Source of the DNA: Phoronis australis
Taxonomy: Eukaryota; Animalia; Phoronida
Assembly: GCA_002633005.1 (NCBI GenBank)
Contig: NMRA01000146.1
Location: 431,981-495,980 of the forward strand
DNA length: 64,000 nucleotides
Direction: 5' to 3'
Below the pieces are notes generated by a model that was given only the letters and a program-made list of their open reading frames with translations, had not been told where the DNA came from and did no database searches. Both the position numbers and the translations under genes were made by a program. Of the stretch, positions 26,901-40,300 are shown piece after piece. The first letter of the stretch is position 1. Each line of letters begins with the position of its first letter.

Positions 26901-28040
26901 CATTTTGTCTTAATTTTGAGTACCTTACCGAAAGTGGAAGTTTCAAACTTTAGAAATTAAAACGAATCTTAAACTTAAGTAAAAAATTAACTTGAGTCAG
27001 TTTCTTGGAGCAGGCCCCTACTCTGGGGAACCAGCTGGTGCACTAAAGTTTTCGTCCGTTGTAACAATGTCTCTCGCGCAAAGCTCAAAATTCCAATTCA
27101 TTACATTCAAGACATGGGTTGTGCTGCACTGAAATAAGTGGGGGCTTTAGCTGCCTACCCCCTATTGTGCCCCGCCCATGCAACATTATTTTTCAATAGA
27201 GTAAGTTCAATAAAACGTCTTTAACGACGGTCCCATACCTGAACATTAATAATTACAAAATTGGCGACAATGAAGCATGAATCATGGGGAAATGCACAAC
27301 GTTCAGCTAAGAATAACACTGATTTTATCTCAGACAACACGTCAACAGTTTTCAGACGCAAAAATCTGCAAGGCTAATGCTCGTAGACCTCTCTGTTCAA
27401 CCACGTGACATAAGATTGGTCTTAAGGGAAAGTCACTCAGTGACGTAATAAGATGATGAGATACGTAAAATGCGCAAAAATATCTATATTGAAAGAGCTG
27501 TCATGGGTCGAGGGGGTCGCGGGTTGTGGGGGTTGACGCGACGAAATTCGTCATATTGAAAATTGTCTATCTTCATTTGATTGGAAAGGCAATACACAAG
27601 TGTGCGAAACTTAGCCATTGCATACGCGGCATACGCAATTAACAGCCAACCGATCACCTAGAACCGCAGGTAAGTCTAAACGATAGAGATGGGGACAAAA
27701 TACCAATGGATAAAAATGATCGACAAGTTAGCGCAATGAATGGGTATTCATCTTTTAAACTACCGTCCGATGTACATGTAAAACAAAAATGCACAAGGTG
27801 TTTTATGGTTTAAAGTCACATTAGTATAACCCATCGCAAAGCTGGCTGCACGGTTTTGCCTGTGGGTGCTTCTAAGGTATATCCCAAGTGTCCCAAGGGT
27901 AGTTGCCAAAAGATGAATCAGTTCTCTCTGAATCGTCACATACATTCGAGTAGCTAGGTATGCGGCACCTGGGCCCTTACTCGAGCCAAGCCAGCTCTGT
28001 TTTATTTATGTAGAACTGCCGCAGTCTGAGTGCAATAATT

Positions 28041-29370
28041 GTAAACTAGAAAGATTTTTGTCACGGCGTGACAATAACGGACTCTGCGCGTGCGTATTAC
28101 TGGAATTATTATGGGAAGTTACTGACAGCAACCCGTTTACCAATATGAAAGGGAATTCTTTAAAATTATAGGAGAAATTACATATTAATTTTTTGATAAC
28201 CTTTCCACTAATTGACCTATCCCGGGGCATTATGAGCCCGATGAGGGAGCAATTGTTAACTCGATTAAAAGTGTGGTTAATGCTAATAATCACAGATGTT
28301 TTATTTTAAGCACTTCAGAATACAAGTTGAATGAAGTGGTCAAACTTTCAGAAGAAAAAATTACCTAATGACCCCATGGGTGCACCAAATGACCTGAAAA
28401 TTTAGAATTCAAACTCAATAGCATTTAGTAAACAGATATGTAATTCTGAAGTCTCTAGCTCAAAATTTTAGTTTGCACTCAATGATCTTTGACCTATTTT
28501 TTTTCTGATTGGTTAGGCCTTTTGTGAAGTAAAGTAGGTTATTCACTAGGCATGTTGACTTACACCAGTGTGCTGAAATTGAAAAGAATACCTTGAAAAA
28601 CGTAAGAGATATAACATTTTGAACGTTACATGACCTTTGCACAAATTGACCTTATCCGGTGCATTTTAAGCATCCTTTGGAGAATTATTGCAAAGCCCAT
28701 GGAAAATGTGTTTAACGCTGAGAATCACAGTTGTCTAACGGTTGACACATCAGAATAGTTGCCGATTGAAAAGGTCAAATTTTCAGAAGAAAAATGCACC
28801 TAATGACCCCATGTTTGCACTAAATGACCTGAAACTTTGGATTCCGATATGATTTACTTGTGGCAATCAGACCTGTCAATTTGAATTGTCAAGCTCAACA
28901 TTTTAGTTTGCACCTAATGACCTTTGACCAGTTTCACCTGATTGGATGACCCGATTACTTAGAAAAGTATTTTCTAAGTTGCCTTGTTTACTTATACCTG
29001 TGCACCGAATTTGAAAAGAATAGCTTTAAAAATGAAGAAGGACTAGCATTCTGAAAATTACATGACTCTTGCACCAAATGACCTCTTCCGTAGCAATATG
29101 GATTATGATTACATAACGAATCGAAATTTATTTACTGTCAAAAATCACATGCAGAATTTAAAGAACACACCTTCACCCATTTTGGAGTTATTAAGCCTCA
29201 AAGTTGGTCGGAAGAAGAATAAGAATAAGAAGAATAAGAATAACATTGAAGAAAACCCAGGAACAACAGTATTCTGCGCTTACACGCGCAGAGTAATAAG
29301 AAGAATAAGAATAACATTGAAGAAAACCCAGGAACAAGAGTACTCTGCGATTACACGCGCAGAGTAACAA
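28041..29370 (-). mobile_element. Helentron-type non-autonomous element (HINE) with internal tandem repeats
   Basis: Sub-terminal IR ACTCTGCGCGTG at both ends, 5' hairpin (locally duplicated at 29240-29370), (AAGAAT)n microsatellite, TGACCT-rich tandem repeats, and a 3' hairpin TTGTCACG..GTGACAA followed by CTAGTT. Confidence 0.65.
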
Positions 29371-29451
29371 GATGATATTACACGCTTAATACATGTAACA
29401 TTTATACTGGCGATCAAAAACATCCAGTCACTAATTGTAGTTGATATAATT

Positions 29452-29785
29452 CAGTGGCGGGCCTAGAACGTCATAAAGGGGGGCCAACATTTTGTCTCGG
29501 GCAATTTGCGGAAAGCACGATTGCATGCGCGCACACAAAAAGATACAAAAGGGGCTCGAATTCTCTGGACTTTCTACTAAAAAACGGAGGACTAAAAGAA
29601 AAACGGGAAAAGGATTACGTAGGTAATCTGAGTCGGACACTTGCAATGGGGTATGAGCGTTCCCTCCCCCCTCAGCTGCATATTGATTGCCTTGGTTAAT
29701 TAATGAACTCAATATTTCATCAAGCTCTTGCTGTTATGCGTCAGCGAATGGGGCAGACCCCCTGCCCCCCTTAAATCCGACTATT
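29452..29785 (+). mobile_element. MITE with CAGTGGCGG...CCGACTATT termini and 5-bp TSD
   Basis: TAATT on both sides. Related termini at 22726 (minus), 34242 and 59243. Confidence 0.65.
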
Positions 29786-30489
29786 TAATTGTTAATCAAT
29801 TACAACGCGCACGTGACACTGTACGACCAGATTTCCAGTTGAATTTCAACGCATGAAATAAAAAGTATTACCAGACTTTTATTTTTTATTGTTGAGCCTT
29901 TTAGTCATCATCTAAAAATTTTGTTAAGGCTTGTTACATGTATATCCTTACCATAAACTTAGTTTAAATATTGATTCTTAAGTTTGGTGCTACAACAAAA
30001 CGGGTCACCCTACGACGAAGGGTACAGTCCTATCTCCATTTCTTTGAAAATTATATTTTTGGACTCGGTAATCAATATCATACATGCCTAAACAGTATTG
30101 AATATCAGTTCTTTATACCAAAAGAGGTCGTAGAATGAAAAATAAGTGGAGAGGTCATTGAGTGCACTGTGGCAATAGGTAACGTTTTCGATGGATATGA
30201 ATCCACTGAAGAAATTTCAGCCAATTCTATGACGGGTCTTGCAGATATTTTTGGTTGTGTAGGTTCTCTCAGAAGATGCTTCCTAATATAATTATTGAAA
30301 TGCCATTTTTTGCAGCCATGACCAAAGGAAGTTACAACATGACACACCCAAAGTCGACAATTATATACACAAAACGTTCCGAGATATATCCTACATACAT
30401 GTACATTTATACCACAATACTAGCGTCGAATGTCAAATACAACCCTGTAATAACCCATAAAGTTATCTCACTAGTGAGATAACAGTTTG

Positions 30490-30570
30490 GCGGGAAACCG
30501 AGGCCGGTTTCGAACCCGGGCCTGAAGAGTTCGGGTGGCCGACTTTATCACTACACCACTCAGCGGCTGA
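30490..30570 (-). repeat. tRNA-derived SINE head or tRNA pseudogene
   Basis: A box TGGTGTAGTG and B box GGTTCGAAACC at tRNA-like spacing; no clean cloverleaf. Confidence 0.5.
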
Positions 30571-31592
30571 CGAGCACGCGCAATAATCCCATGTTTAACA
30601 AACGGCGTTGTACTGACATTTATACGTTATAAGACATAAGACGCATAATTTCCATCAAAACGAAAATTTTCTCTCATATTGTCTCGCGTGTAAATCACCG
30701 ATCTACAATTTGAAAGCGGGATCCTTTGAGTTGAGAATTATACTCAGTTACCAGTGGTAACCTACATTTACTTTAGCAGACGATAGTTTCCCGGCCGAAG
30801 CTTAGCGTGATAAAATGTGTTTTAAGCTATAATAGTTGGTAAACCTTACATTATAAATTCATTTTTTTCCTATTTTATTCAATTTTTCATTTGGTTTTGA
30901 GTTAAAGCATTATTTGACAAAAAATAGCTCGGCTTTACTTAAAAGGTCACGACCTCCGACCCGGGATTCTGACATAGAAAGCAGTAACAAAGCCGAGGCG
31001 AGTTGAGAAAGGTAATTCGTTTCATTGCAATGTTTCTCGTTTAGTATGTGGTGTAAATAGATTATTACATGGCGAAGTCGTTATCTCCCTTTATCTAGAG
31101 CCCGAGTGGATTTTGGAGAATTATCGCCCGAATATGAACTTATTTGCAACATCGCAGCAATACCGTGCTGCCGTGTTACTCTATGACGTCATACATGTAT
31201 GTATGCCAAGTACGGCATCCAAGTCGGGTAATCGACAAGACAATCTGTAAGAGTGTCGAAGAACCAGTAAAGTTTTATGTCGTAATAAATTGATCAGATC
31301 TTTAAGTTTGTGAAATATATAATTTAAAGCACTGAAAAATTCAATATTGTTAATGTTTTGGGAATCTTAGGAACAATCGATCCGGCAATATAAACATTGT
31401 TACATTGCCTGAACAGTAGTGTAGCAGTGCGTCGTTTTAGCTTCAATGGATTTCTAAGTTTCTTGGTGTACTTTTCGTGCCTTAGCTTCTGGACTGTAAA
31501 TAGTAATAGAAACATTTCCCCGTGTGGATTGCATGGCTGCAGTTTTATGCGTTTATCAAGAATTGTTTCAGGTATGAAAAGAATAGGATTAC

Positions 31593-31931
31593 CTGAAACC
31601 TGCATGGTGATGATTGACGTGAAAGTTTGTAAATTGTCAGCCTGGGAATTTTCAGCCCAGCACATCAATTTCCCGTTGTTGTAATCCATGAAAGGGTACA
31701 ACACTTTGGTACCACTATATGTGTTCCCCACTGGTGGTACAGGAGGCAGCTGTGAGCTCCACGTGTTATTACGGTTAGTTATTTTGCAGTATATATTCGC
31801 ACTCGGTTTAACCTCATCAGTGACGCAATGAATTGTGAACTTGATTCCTTTCGGCATCACACAAATTGTTTTGTCGAGAGTGGAACAGTTGTAGATTCCA
31901 TCGAATTTACACTTCAGCAAATCGGGTCCAT
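31593..31931 (-). CDS. Ig exon D2 (type D), 113 codons
   Basis: Acceptor attgcag|ATGGA, donor TCAG|GTAATC, 339 nt. NCS...CV.P.G..F.IHCVTDEVKPSANI...LMCWAEN; paralog of 4831-5166. Confidence 0.88.
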
Positions 31932-32329
31932 CTGCAATATTAGTTTTATTAAGGGGAATGTCAAATGCTTGATGTAATACAAACCACACCTTCCCTTTTG
32001 GAACAGTTAAACGTGGCTACATGCATGTATTATGAGGACTTCAAAATCACAACTTGCAGCTGTATTACAGTTACTTCCCTGCGTAACAGTTTTGAGACGT
32101 GTCCTAATGTGAAATGTGAAAACGAAAAACGCACGGCTGAGGGATTCTCAGTGAAATTTTCTTAATAGTTGTGGTTTGATCGCTCGGTTTTCTCATCAGG
32201 TTGTAGAGTGTAGCTTTAGACTCGGGTACCAAAGCCAGTTGGGTGTCATTCATGCATTTAAGTTCTGAAGGGGGTTAAATGCGGGGTATATTTGTGTAAC
32301 TGGAGACCGATCTCCTTCCTTAATACTTC

Positions 32330-32653
32330 TAACAAAGATACTATTGCGTAGTTCTCGCGGTAATGAAAGATTTGTCGACTAGCAAGATTCAAATAGGTGT
32401 ACTTACATGTATATCAAAGTTCATACTTGCAAGACAAAAACATGGGAACTATTCATATGTTTATGCGTTACATTGACAGGTGTAACTTTCCATGGGCAAG
32501 TTTCATGAAAAAGTGACGTAAGACTTAAAACAGAATTGTGATCTTACACTCTACACAACAATTTATGAAAAATTGCAAAATCATTGACACTACGTGTCTG
32601 ATGTTTTGTTCAACACCGTGTTTAGTAATTCAAACATCAAAACTCAGGTCCAT
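32330..32653 (-). pseudogene. Decayed type-D Ig pseudo-exon
   Basis: Acceptor gctgcag|ATGGACCT (DGP). The ~230 nt of upstream intron (32654-32890) matches that of exon D1 (5167-5420). The reading frame has frameshifts and stops. The left boundary is approximate. Confidence 0.55.
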
Positions 32654-33294
32654 CTGCAGCATCAGTGTCATTAGGAGAAATGTGGAATCCCTCTTGTATT
32701 ACCAGGCGCGTAGTTAGTCATGTTTGATTTGGCCACACTAATCATGTCACAACATTTGAGGTTGACAAATGTTCGGCGTTTATGTGTGGTTGTCATAGTT
32801 TACCAAAACGTGTGGCATTGGTTGTGTACCAAATGTGTCAAGTAATGTATGCAGCTAAGTTCTCAGGCTTTAGGTGGAAGTTGCATGTCGGCTAATTCCA
32901 TATATCTTGTTTGGTCATATTAGTTAGAAGCACAAAATATAGAGACGATGTGAATATGAAGTACGTTGAAAATTGCCAGATAGATTTTTAAATCTATCTG
33001 GCAATTTTCAACTTAAAAGTTCTGTGTAGAAAAATATCTGCCGAAATCGTGCAAAATGGTCCAGTAAGTATTGTTACGCAGTGTTGGGGAACAACACTGC
33101 ATGACGCGGGCTATATGAGCCCTAAAGTACTTCATTAGCGCGCAGGTCTTTTCAGAATTTTTCGTTTTCAGATCTACACGTTGTCATTGAGTTCAACTGC
33201 AGTTTGCTTAGCTATAAATGTACATTAGCACGGTTGGGGGAACGCAAGTACATGTACATTCTACGCTACCTATAGTGGTATACGAAGAATGTTT

Positions 33295-33515
33295 CCTACA
33301 GTGGAACCAGAAGTACAAAAAGTGACACCTGAAGTAATTGAGCTCCCCAGCGTGATATCCGAAGTACGCTCTCTAGAGACACATCTGAAGTCAATTCCCC
33401 CGAAGTTTCTTCCCTACAGCGAGACCTGGAGTGGGCTCCCTGCATAGAAATTCCAAATGTGCTCTCTACATTGATACCAGAAGTACGTAGTGATATCTGA
33501 ACTAGACTCTCGACT
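33295..33515. repeat. 26-bp minisatellite downstream of exon E2
   Basis: Same unit as 18030-18265, about 8 degenerate copies. Confidence 0.8.
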
Positions 33516-33623
33516 GTGGATTTCATTGTATTTGCTTTTCCTTGTGGGATGAGTGTTAAAATCTCACATGTGTAAAAACTGTAATCACTGCGCAAAAGTA
33601 TAGTTCCATAAAAGTGTACTCAC

Positions 33624-33944
33624 AGAATACGGTTGCAGTAAGATGTCTACTAACTGTCTGTTGAGTCAAATTATTTACAGCTGTACAGTTAAGGTTCGTT
33701 CCATCCAAGCTCCGGTCGACTGATAAAACCGAAGAGTAGTTTTTAGGGCCGTTAATTTTGGAGGGAGTTGACGCGTAGGAAAGAGTCAAATTCCACGACG
33801 ACCAAGTCACCGAAGCAGCTGGATACACGTGGTCGGTCATGCAACGGATTTTACTGTTCTCAGCAATCGACACTGTGTCCGCACTATCGTTAATGTACGT
33901 GGGTCTTGGGCTAAAAATCGCAAATGTCAATCGTGTAGGTCCAC
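33624..33944 (-). CDS. Ig exon E2 (type E), 107 codons
   Basis: Acceptor ttatttccag|GTGGA, donor TTCT|GTGAGT, 321 nt open frame. IRCMTDHVYPAASVTW...LNCTAVN. Confidence 0.88.
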
Positions 33945-34353
33945 CTGGAAATAAAGAAAAATGTGTCATGCATAACCCTATCTAAGAGGTTGCAATTAGT
34001 AATGAGATAAAATCAAAATTACACACACATGACTGTGGAAGTGAAGCAAGGTATGTTTTAATAGAGTTCTAGTTAATGCTCTGATGAAACTGCTACGGTT
34101 ACGTTTTACAGGTTATTGTTAATGGCTAATCCTAAAGCATTACGTAGGATTGGCCAATGGTCAAGCATTACCTACGATTGGCCAATCGTAAAGCACGTGA
34201 TCACACGCCGGTGGAATGAACTGTCATTTCTTCCAAGCTTACAGTGGCGTATTTAGGGGCACGAATTTCTGAGAATGTGCACCTTTTACTAAAAAACAAA
34301 TGGAGGACTAAAAAGTACTGCACCGGTGGTCTCAATCGGGTCTGAGAACCCCC

Positions 34354-37300
34354 TGTAAAGTCTGGATAATTGTGAACATAGGCTGTTACGCCGCCGGCGT
34401 CAGTGTTCAGCGATTGTTTCCGGAACATTTATGTGCAAATGAACTGCTGTGTTGGCTGGGTGCATTCAAATGTTCGACCTGGGTACGGCTGTCGAGAGCC
34501 AGCCGTGACACAGTGTAGACGTGTTAGAAGCTGTTCACAGAAGTGGATTAACGTTTGTGTCTGCAGTAGACATGGGACATTCAGCGGACATAGATGATGG
34601 GGTCGGATGCTGACCACAAAAGAATGTGCACGGACTGTGTGAAATAAGATGAACTTTTGACTCAGTAAGACTAGTTTGGGGTACCAGGTAGAGAGTGATC
34701 TACCAAGTGACGAAACTTATTGAGTGTAAATGTTCGTTTTTGAATGTTGAAGCTTCATTAAATATTATTTCTTTTAAAGTTAATGTTTCTATTAAATTGC
34801 CTCATTAAAGTCACGCCGTGACATTTTGGGTTCCTCTCCGGGAAAAAAAGAAACTAAAGCAAATGGAATTGTTCATTTAGTGGAAAACCAGACAGTTGTG
34901 GTAGAGCATAGTAATTAGTAGAAATATATGTCGAGCAATGAGTGAGTTGGCGCTTCATATTTGTTGTCGCTATTGACGTGCATTACAATTAGTACCGCTT
35001 CCCTAGGGTATTTTGTACTTGACATAAGAATCTGGGGTAATAGAAGCGGCGAGGAGAAATGTTTACGTCGCCCATAGCCAGCGTAACCCTTCAACCACGC
35101 CAGCGTCGGTTCGTATACTTTAAAATTTGCGAGTGTAGTTTTTGGGAACTGCTCTTCAATTTTATAAACCTTAACCAAATTTTCCACAGGTGAGCAAATT
35201 TTTAAATTAAACGACAGTCGGGTTTATTTTAGATACCTATGATAAAAATGATGTTGTACGTGGGTTTTTTTATAGTTTCCGTCAAGTTTGGAACAAGTGA
35301 ATGGAACACACCGGGTGTTAGGTTTACTTATCTGGCCCGTGTATAGTCGATGAGAGTTCGTTTTGGTATTCAGTGGTAGATATTGTGTTTAGGGCTCATT
35401 GACTAGTTTGGGGGGTTGCTCAAAAGTTTCGTACGGAAGACTGAGTGAGTAGTGGTCGGCTGCCAGTGGCTTGTTTTACCGTTCGATGTCTTAGTTAGTT
35501 ACGTAGTTAGGTTCCGGTAGTTAGACAGAGGTCGCTGCTTGTGTTGATTACTTAAGCACTTTCAATAGAGACCTTGACATTTTCTGTACTGATTTAGGTA
35601 GAGTTAAATTTTGAGAGGAGAGACAAGCAACGTTGATATTTGCAAATTTTGCTCTGGTACAGAGGCTGAGATATTAGTTTCATCGGTGAGTTGTTAATTG
35701 CTGCTTAGGGTTAGTCAGTGGTCAGTCTTTAGTGATGGATTTCGATAAGTGGGTAAGTATGAGCGAGAGGTTAGGTTCGTCGGGCGCAGACTTGGTCCAG
35801 TAAATTGACAAGAGAGAGAGCGGGAGGCGCAAGAGCGGGAGGCACGTGAGCAGGAGCAGGTGTAAGGGGAACAGCAGGAATACGAGTTGAATGTTATGAA
35901 GCTGCAGATTGAGCTGTCAAAGGTAAGAAATGCAGGGACTAAGGTAAACCACTTGAGTCTATTGTTAAAACTCCCAAGGGTCCGAGGTTGCCTTATTTTG
36001 ACGATTTTAGAGATAATATGGACGCTTACTTGAGTAGGTTTGAGAGGTATGGCAATAGTAATAAGTGGTGCCATGAAGACTATGCGATGCATCTTGGTAA
36101 TTTGGTTAGAGGTAAGGCGCTAGGCGTGTATCATCGAATGCCGACATGTGATGTAAACGACTACGACACACTGAAAGGTGCGTAATTGAAGCGTTTCCAG
36201 ATGAATGAGGAGGGGCACAGACGTAAGTTTCATGGTGAGAAAATGGAACGTGGTGAAAATGCATCTCAATACATTGCAAGGTTATGCGATTATTTTGATT
36301 GTAGGACTGAGTCAACAGGGGTTGAGGCATCCTATCAGTCTATTCGTCATTTTATCGTTAAGGAATAGTTTTTGTTTTCTGCCTCAAGAGAAGTGTCAAC
36401 ATATCTGAGAGAGAGAACATTTTCTAGTCTAGATGAGATCGCCGAAGTTGCAGAGAGGTATATGGGTGCGCATAAGTGAAATTTGACGTATCGTGAATCC
36501 AAAGAGAGTCAAAAGAAACGGTTGAATAGGGGTACTGTTCTGGCGCAGTGTCAGCTAACGATCGAGAGAAACACAGGTGATAATACGTTCAGCCTATTCT
36601 TTTATTGGAATGCCGTCAGTACATAGACAAACCCGTAAACTGAAATACACAAAACCCCAAGTCACAACTACGAAATATAATACGAACACAGATAGCAACA
36701 ATATATACAAAAACCGTTATTAACATCAACGAAGAAAATATGCATGTAAAGAAATGACAACATCAGATAAACTCAATCTTTTATATGAAAATACTGGATA
36801 CAAAAACGAACATAATTCATACGCAATTCTACAATGAGACCCGTGACGCAGACTAAATATCAAGTCACGCTAAACAATTACAATAATATGAGTTAGAAAC
36901 AGACTGGTTTGAATTGCAATCTCAAGGTCACAGCGAACAACGCCCGAACCCCCGACATGATCCACAAAGGACGAAATATGACGAAGTAGATAAAGCAAAA
37001 AATAATGAAACTACGGACACGAGAGAATGCATTGCACAAATCAGAAATACAACGATAAGCAAAATGAACAATACTTACATCATGAAAACCATTTAATCTC
37101 AACAACTAAAGCAATGACATGCCTACACTGCACACAGATAAGAAATACGAAATACTAATGAATGGAACTGGCGGGTAAAACGCTTTTAAATGTCAGTACC
37201 ACGTGACAAGTCCACGATCTGGGGGGTACTTGAAAATGAGTACGACAGGAAACAATACTAATTATACACAGGCAATATGAATGATTGCGTCTGCAGTAAC

Positions 37301-40300
37301 ATTACTCCCCCCGAGAAAGCGGAGAAACTTCGCTGACCAAATACAATCAGATGCTGCAGACACAATCAAAGATAACAACCAAGCAAAATATTCATGCAAT
37401 CACAGTTACTAATCTTCAGAACAAAGCAAAAGAACCAATTTATTTACATGGCGCCAAAAAGTTGACGTCAATATTTTAACATGACACCTCTTTACGAGAC
37501 CATTTTGATCCGCACCATGTCTGTCACACGATCCATCTTCCAGTCATACCGGGGAGGCCTTCCTCCTTGATGAGTACAACATCAGTCAATTTCATATTAC
37601 GACTTGGAACTTACCGCTTTCGACCACATTGCAATGTAGTCAAATACTCTTTTCTCCATCTTGTCCAAAAGATATTTGCCAAGTATTGGGCACGCCTCCA
37701 ACTTCTACGTGCATAAACGTCTTCTCGTTGAAACTTTCCAGATAGATAGAACTACTTATAAGTGGTCTCGAATTCACTATGGCCTCCGCCTCACAAAATA
37801 CTGTATGAAGAACGTCATCATCTAAGCGATCACATTCGCGCAATGTGGATGATAACACTTTCCGAACAGTGCGAATTTGACAGTCCCAAAGACCACCGAA
37901 GTTACTATCAGTTGGCGAGTTAATATTTTCTGTCAACATGTACATTGTACCTCTGAATACGTTCCTGGTCCATTTCGTCTATGGCTGCTCGTAACACACG
38001 ATCGGCTCCCACGAACTTCGTGCCATTGTCACTGAAGATGGTACGAACTGGCCTTCGTCTGGCCAAATGTCGGCGCAGAGCAATGATTTAACAATCAGTC
38101 TCAAGGCTGTTAACCACTTCTAAATGCATGGTCCAGCTAGAGAAACAAGGAAACATGACACAGTAACGCTTATACACCTTTCTACCTTCTTTAACTTGGA
38201 ACGGACCGAACAAAACTGTGCCTGTGGACGTAAAATGTATTCTGGATTAGTGCGTTGAACATTCAAATTAGCCATCTTTTTCCCCGTTGCTTGACCATGT
38301 AGACGACGTCAAGTCACACATCTGTTAACAACTCTACGAACAACAGCGTTGGCGGCAACAATCCTGAACTTCTCTTGTAAGGTTGAAAGAACATGATTCC
38401 TACCAGCGTGAGCCAGGCGCTCGTGATAATGGCGAACAACAATCGTTTTAACGTGACTCTGTCTAGGCAATACGATGGGATGCTTCATATCATCCTCCAG
38501 CAAAGCTTTACCGAGACGACCGCCAACACGTAACAAACCTCTGTCCAAGAAAGGGTCCAGCTTGATCAGCGGTGTACTTTTCTCGCCTCCACCGTTACCT
38601 GAGAGCCATTCGAAGTCATCTATGAAGTATTGTCTCTGAGTAAATTTCAAATCACCAGCTTCCGCTTCATCCAACTCCTCAACCGTAAGTGGCGCTGACA
38701 ACCAACTCTTGTCACTGAAATATCCATTTCGTTTTCGTTCAACCATGTACAGCTTTCTTTAACGGCAACCATTTAGAGTTATAATCAATTAATCGTTGGA
38801 AACCGCTAACATTTTCATCAGAGCTTGTCGCATTCAGAAAAGTCTGCAAACCGGCAGTTTCATCACTAGGCACTGGAAACGCGCTTGGCTGAGGATAAAA
38901 TCGGTCAGCAGACAAGAAATTGGGACCATTAAACCAACTATGGTGACAGAAACTTTTCAGCATCGAAACCGCTTGACGCACAATCAGCAGGGTTAAATTC
39001 AGAACGCACGTACCTCCACTGCGAAGGGTTGCTGTACCCTGTTGGCGACGAAAGCCGGGAGCCTATTACTGCGACTGTGCACATAATACAGAACTGTCAT
39101 AGAATCTGTGTGGAAGAGCGATGTCGCCGGGTACAGGTCGAGTTCGGTGCACAGCATGCTCCCAATCTGTACTGACACTGTAGCGGCTGTAAGTTCTAGC
39201 GAGGGAATCGTCATTTTTCTGAGCGGTGCGACCCTGGCTTTACCTAATAATACAGAACAGTGAACAATACCATCAATGTTAACAACACGTAAATAAGCAC
39301 AACACCCGTAACCGTCACTGCTTGCATCCGAAAACACCTGCAACTGTTGAAGAACGACGTCACTGAATTCTTGTGGCCCGTAACAACGCCGAATGTTGAC
39401 TTCCTCCATACAGGGTAATTCATAAAGCCACTTCTGGCATCGTGCATGGTAAACTTCAGGAATCTGGTCATCTCAATGTAGACCGTTTTCTTTACACAAG
39501 TCTTGTAACAGCTTCTTTGCTTGAAGCACAGATGATGCTAAGAATCCGAGGGGGTCATCAAGCGAAGCAGTAGTGGATAAGATTGCCTTCTGCTCATGTC
39601 CTTTGGACTTATCTTTATGGTGAAACCAAGATGATCTGAAGACAACTTCTATTAAATATAACGATAAGCAAAATGAACAATACTTACGTCATGAAAACCC
39701 TGCAATCTCAACGACGAAACAAATGACATGCCTACACTGCACACAGATAAGAAATAAGAAATACCAATGGAACTGGCGGGTAAAACGCTTTTAAATGTCC
39801 GTACCACGTGACAAGTCCACGATTTGGGGGTACTAGAAAATGAGTACAACAGGAAACAATACTAAATAAACACAGGCAATACGAATGATTTCGTCTGCAG
39901 TAACAGGTACTGATAGAGAGAGTGCAGGTAGTGACAGCATGTACATGTAAGCCCGACGTCCACTGTGAAACCAGACGTTAAGAAGGGTGTGAAGCCAAAA
40001 GGGTGTTGGTTATGTGGTAAGTTGGGTCAGAGATCATTCCAGTGTACTGAGAAAAGCGACGGTTCGGAGGTGTCGTGTGTAATCTCTACTGTTGATGCAA
40101 CCAATAGTCGTTTAGATATCAGTGATGGTACACTGAATAGTAGGTTTTTAAGGGAACGAGACACGGGAAGTACAAGTGTTACTTTGAGACGTCATATGGT
40201 GGATGTTGAGCAGTTGAATGGTAAATGGGGTGTGTGTATCATGATTGATAAGTCCATTCTTAAAGCTCCTATGGCCGACATACAAGTCCATTCCGCAGTG

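Noticed and set aside
30490-30570. Functional tRNA gene
   Set aside because: A and B boxes are present but the stems and anticodon arm do not form a convincing cloverleaf; kept only as a SINE-like repeat.
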